Assembly (NCBI GenBank): GCA_976551045.1 | Contig: CDPCPM010000029.1 | Span: 8,990,001-9,054,000 of the forward strand | Length of the DNA: 64,000 nucleotides | Source: Glaucostegus cemiculus | Lineage: Eukaryota | Direction of reading: 5' to 3' | Part shown: piece after piece, positions 60,083 through 64,000 of the stretch | Layout: each line of letters starts with the position of its first letter | Numbering within the stretch: the first letter of the stretch is position 1 | The notes under the pieces: generated by a model | Databases searched by the model: none | The model's input: only the letters and a program-made list of their open reading frames with translations | Told to the model about the DNA's origin: nothing | Position numbers and translations under genes: made by a program

Positions 60083-61436
60083 ATGATGCAGTCTCCTCTG
60101 CCATGCACTCTGCACTATATCACTTAGAGAAGAAGGACTCATACTGCCGACTGCTATTCATCGACTTCAGCTCCACTTTCAATACCATCATCCCGCAACA
60201 GCTAATCAGGAAGTTGAGCGCTCTGGGCATTAGCTCTCCTCTCTGCAACTGGATACTGGATTTTCTAACTTGCAGGCCGCAGTCAGTCAAAATTGTTGAA
60301 AACACCTCAAGCACCATCACACTGAGCACTGGCTCCCCACAGGGTTGTGTGCTCAGTCGGCTCCTGTTCACCTTGTTGACTCACGACTGCGAGGCCAGAT
60401 CCAGCTCCAACCGCATTGTTAAATTTGCCGATGACACGACAGTGGTGGGTCTTGTCACGAATGACGATGAGTCGGACTACAGAGAGGAGGTGAAACAACT
60501 AGCTGTGTGGTGCCATGACAACAACCTCTCCTTGAATGTGGATAAAACCAAGGAGATGATAATGGATTTTAGGAAGGGTCATCGTGTGCACGCCCCACTG
60601 ACCATCAACAGGTCTGCTGTGGAACAAGTACACAGCACCAAGTTCCTGGGGTGCACATCACCGACGACCTGACCTGGTCCACTAACATTACGGCCCTCAC
60701 GAAGAAAGCTCAGAAACGCCTCTACTTCTTGCAGAGACTGAGGAAAGCGTACCCCCATCCCTCTGTCATGAAAACCTTCTATAGGGGGACCATTGAGAGC
60801 ATCCTAACTCAATGTATCACTGTTTGGTTTGGAAGCTGCTCAGCTGCTGGGCGGAAGTCCCTTCAGAAGATAGTTAGGGCTGCGGAGTGGATCATAGGTG
60901 TCTCGCTTCCATCCCTTGCAGACATATACAAAGACCGTTGTGTGAGGAAGACCAAAAGCATAATGGCTGACCCTTCTCACCCCTCCCACCACCTCTTCAC
61001 AATTTTGCCATCAGGGAGGAGGCTTAAATGTATCAGGGCAAGAACCAGGCTGAACAATAGCTTCTTTCCGCAAGCCATCAGAACTGCAAACTCTCTCATC
61101 CCTCCATCTTCCTTTGTTAACACTAAGAGATGCTAGGTGCACAGAAATGCACCAGCACTTTAAATGCCCGACACCAGCCCGTTCACTTTAATAACTATTT
61201 ATTTATTTACCGGCCATTTTTAATTTAATCTGCGTACTAATTTAATTTTAACTTCTGTAGCTTTTAATGTCTAATGTTTTGTAATGTTTATTCTGTCAAG
61301 TGTGTATGTGTGTCTCTGTTGGTTGTTATGTTATTTTATGGGACGAGCACCTGAGGAGGACGGTATCTCGCTCCTACGCATACTATGTATGTATATGGTT
61401 GTGACAATAAAAAACTGATTCTGATTCTGATTCTGA
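60083..61436 (+). mobile_element. Young 5'-truncated Rex1/Babar LINE
   Basis: ORFs 60103..60672 ([21 protein letters not shown]) and 60651..61136 separated by one frameshift; near-identical to 54321-55569; (GATTCT)n tail; possible TSD AGAT. Confidence 0.97.
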
Positions 61437-61454
61437 AGATGATCATTCCACTCA

Positions 61455-61652
61455 AGAGAAACAAAGGACTGCAGATGCTGGAATCCAGATGAAAAACACA
61501 ATGATGCTGGCGGAACTCAGCAGGCCAGGCAACATCTGTGGAGAAAAGCAGGCAGTCAACATTTCAGGTCAGGACCCTTCTTCAGGGTCCTGCATTTCTC
61601 CATGGATGCTGCCTGGCCTGCTGAGTTTCTCTAGCTTCATCATGTTTTTCAT
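61455..61652. mobile_element. Penelope-derived foldback element with the best-preserved hammerhead-like core
   Basis: Arms GAAAAACACAATGATGCTGGCGGAACTCAGCAGGCCAGGCAACATC / GATGCTGCCTGGCCTGCTGAGTTTCTCTAGCTTCATCATGTTTTTC; minus strand CTGAAGA-AGGGTCCTGACCT-GAAATGTTGAC. Confidence 0.85.
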
Positions 61653-61954
61653 GACAATTCCATTCATCCTGTCCCCTCTGTCTCTTCCACTTCTCTGTTC
61701 TCTCCTCACAAGTTAACCATTTATTCTTCTAAAGTATTTATCATTTTTCTTTTAAAAGGGTTCCCTAAAAATGATGATATTTCTGGCCCAACACTTTCAA
61801 CTCATTACACAGACAAAGAAGCTGAATTGTCTCTGAACAGCTCCATTATTTCTCCTTATCAGAAATATTCCCTTTTTTCCACCTATTGTCCTCCTCACAT
61901 TTTTCTGCTGCCTAGATGAACTTATTCTCTCTTTCCCAGTTCTGGTAAATTGTA

Positions 61955-62022
61955 CTGGACTTGAAACAGTTCCTCTTTCTGCAGATGCTGGACTTGAAAC
62001 AGTTCCTCTTTCTGCAGATGCT
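61955..62022 (+). repeat. Perfect 33-bp tandem duplication within an old Penelope-derived arm
   Basis: CTGGACTTGAAACAGTTCCTCTTTCTGCAGATG at 61955 and 61988. Confidence 0.95.
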
Positions 62023-62128
62023 ATCCGACCTGCTGAGTTGGTCCAGCATTTTCTTTTTTGTAAAATTTCAGATTTCTAGCATCTTCAGATTAGTTTTTAA
62101 TTCTCATCAAATTAAAACATAATTTATT

Positions 62129-62850
62129 GGAGACACAAGAAGACTGCAGATGCTGTCATCTGGAGTAAGCAACAAACTGCTGGAGGAACTCAGTGGGTGA
62201 AGCAGCATTATTTTGTTGCTGCTTGACCTGCTAAGTTTCTCCACCAGTTTGTTTTTCTACCCCAGCTTTATTTTCTTGCATCTGATCCATGCAACTTTAA
62301 ATATACTTATTCGATAAAAATCAATTTTCACAGCATTATATTTTTATATATACATATATTTAGCATGCGTGCAAACTGAACCATATATATTAAATTGATA
62401 GAGACACAAGAAACTGCAGATGTTGGAATATCGAGCAAAAAACAAGCTGCTAGATGAACTCAAAGGGTCAGGCAGCATCTGTAGAGGCAAAGGGATATCT
62501 GGTCCCACTCATCATCTTCCTTTCTTATTGAATTCCATAATCTACACATCTTCTGTCCTTATTATAATCTTCAGTCCTTCATTATCTCCACTTATCACCT
62601 TCCAGACTCTGTCACTATCTCCACCCTGTCCTTCCCCTCAGACTCCATCTGCCCATCAATTCCTCTTCACTAGGAACCCCCTATCACTTGCCAGCTCCAG
62701 CCTCAGCCTCCCCCTTCACCTCTTTATACTTACTACCTTCCCTTTACACACTCAGTCCTGATGCAGGGTCTCAAACCAGAGTGTGGGAATCCCATTGCCT
62801 CCTCAGGTACTGCCTGATCTGCTGAGTTCCTCCAGAAGCTTGTGTTTTTT
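62129..62850. mobile_element. Two further Penelope-derived foldback elements (62129-62260; 62400-62850)
   Basis: Both start GAGACACAAG..ACTGCAGATG and end with the inverted CTGCT.AGTT.CTCCA arm; the second has a pyrimidine-rich spacer and CCTGATGCAGGGTCTC. Confidence 0.8.
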
Positions 62851-63262
62851 TTTTGTTGTTAAATTGTTAATTCTTTGTTTAAAATACAGCTGGTTATACT
62901 TAAATCTTTTAGTTTATAGGAAGCACATTTCAAGGTCAATTTTTTTAATGATGTGTAATGGCAAGAAAGAAATGTCGTGATTTTGGGTATTATTTTTCTA
63001 CGTTTGATATGTAAGCTGTGTGGGAACACATGCAAAGGTGGATTATTGTACTGGGTTTCATATTTCCTGATGATGTGTTGTTATTTGTCATTCTTGTTAT
63101 TATTGATGTGTGATGAAGGCAGAATATAAAATTGTCACAGACGTTATTGGCTGTTTCACCTGCTCTGACTGACACTTGATTAAATCTCGTTTTGAGAGCT
63201 TTTTGAAGTGGTAGCAGTGGTTTTTTTTTCAATTCAATGGCTAGTGCATGAGTGACTGGCAA

Positions 63263-64000
63263 GGTATTGGTATTGGTATTTGTATTGGTTTATTATTGTC
63301 ACTTGTACCAAGGTACAGTGACAAGCTTGTCTTACAAACCAATCGTACAGGTCTATTCATTAAACAGTGCGGTTACATTGAGTTAGTACAAAGTGCATTG
63401 ATGTAGTACAGGTAAAAACAGTAAAAGTACAAAGTGTCACAGTTACAGACAAAGTGCAGTGCAATAAGGTGCAAGGTCACATAAAGGTGGGCGTGAGGTC
63501 ACAGTCCATCTCATTATATAAGGGAACCGTTCAATAGTCTTATCACAGTGGGGTAGAAGCTGTCCTTAAGTCTGGTGGTATGTGCCCTCAGGCACCTGTA
63601 TCTTCTACCCAATGGAAGAGAAGAGAGAATGTCCTGGGTGGGTGGGGGTCTTTGATTATGCTGGCTGCTACACCAAGACAATGAGACAAACAGAGTCCAA
63701 GGAGGGGAGGCTAGTGTCTGTGATGCGCTGGGCTGTGTTCACAACTGTCTGCAACTTCTTGTGGTCCTGGGCAGAGCAGTTGCCATACCAAACCATGATA
63801 CATCCAGATAGGATGCTTTCTATGGTGCATCAGTAAGAGTTGGTGAGAGTCAAAGGGGACAAACCGAATTTCTTTAGCCTCCTGAGGAAGTAGAGGTGTT
63901 CGTGAGCTTTCTTGGCTGTGGCATCTATGTGATTTGACCAGGACAGGCTGTTGGTGATGTTCACTCCCAGGAACTTGAAGCTCTCAACCCTCTCAACCTC
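63263..64000 (-). mobile_element. Rex1/Babar LINE 3' end with (ACCAAT)n tail, continuing past the window
   Basis: Minus strand FKFLGVNITNSLSWSNHIDATAKKAHEHLYFLRRLK..TIESILSGCIMVWYG; tail AATAAACCAATACAAATACCAATACCAATACC. Confidence 0.95.

Overview
AT-rich, CpG-depleted vertebrate non-coding DNA. It is most likely from a cartilaginous fish (shark/ray), inferred from the repeat repertoire: esterase-ORF1 CR1 LINEs, Rex1/Babar LINEs, V-SINEs, Deu-domain SINEs and Penelope-derived palindromes. I found no recognisable host protein-coding gene, rRNA, tRNA gene or CRISPR array; every recognisable ORF is a transposon fragment. Family assignments come from hand translation and remembered consensus motifs, not database searches, and boundaries of old elements are approximate. 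Main structures: (1) a decayed Ty3/Gypsy gag-PR-RT-RNaseH-IN fossil at ~3.1-8.9 kb, cut by younger insertions; (2) a solo LTR with a perfect 5-bp TSD whose empty site survives in a nearby duplicate; (3) a young non-autonomous retroelement at 41.8-43.1 kb with a YY1-like head, a CpG-rich 35/36-bp VNTR, a Rex1 3' tail and a TSD (SVA-like layout), plus a VNTR-less sibling at 6.95-7.43 kb; (4) three young copies of its likely partner Rex1 family; (5) a PIF/Harbinger transposase fossil at ~47.9-48.6 kb that the ORF track misses; (6) many Penelope-derived foldback elements carrying decayed hammerhead-ribozyme motifs. There is one 239-N assembly gap.
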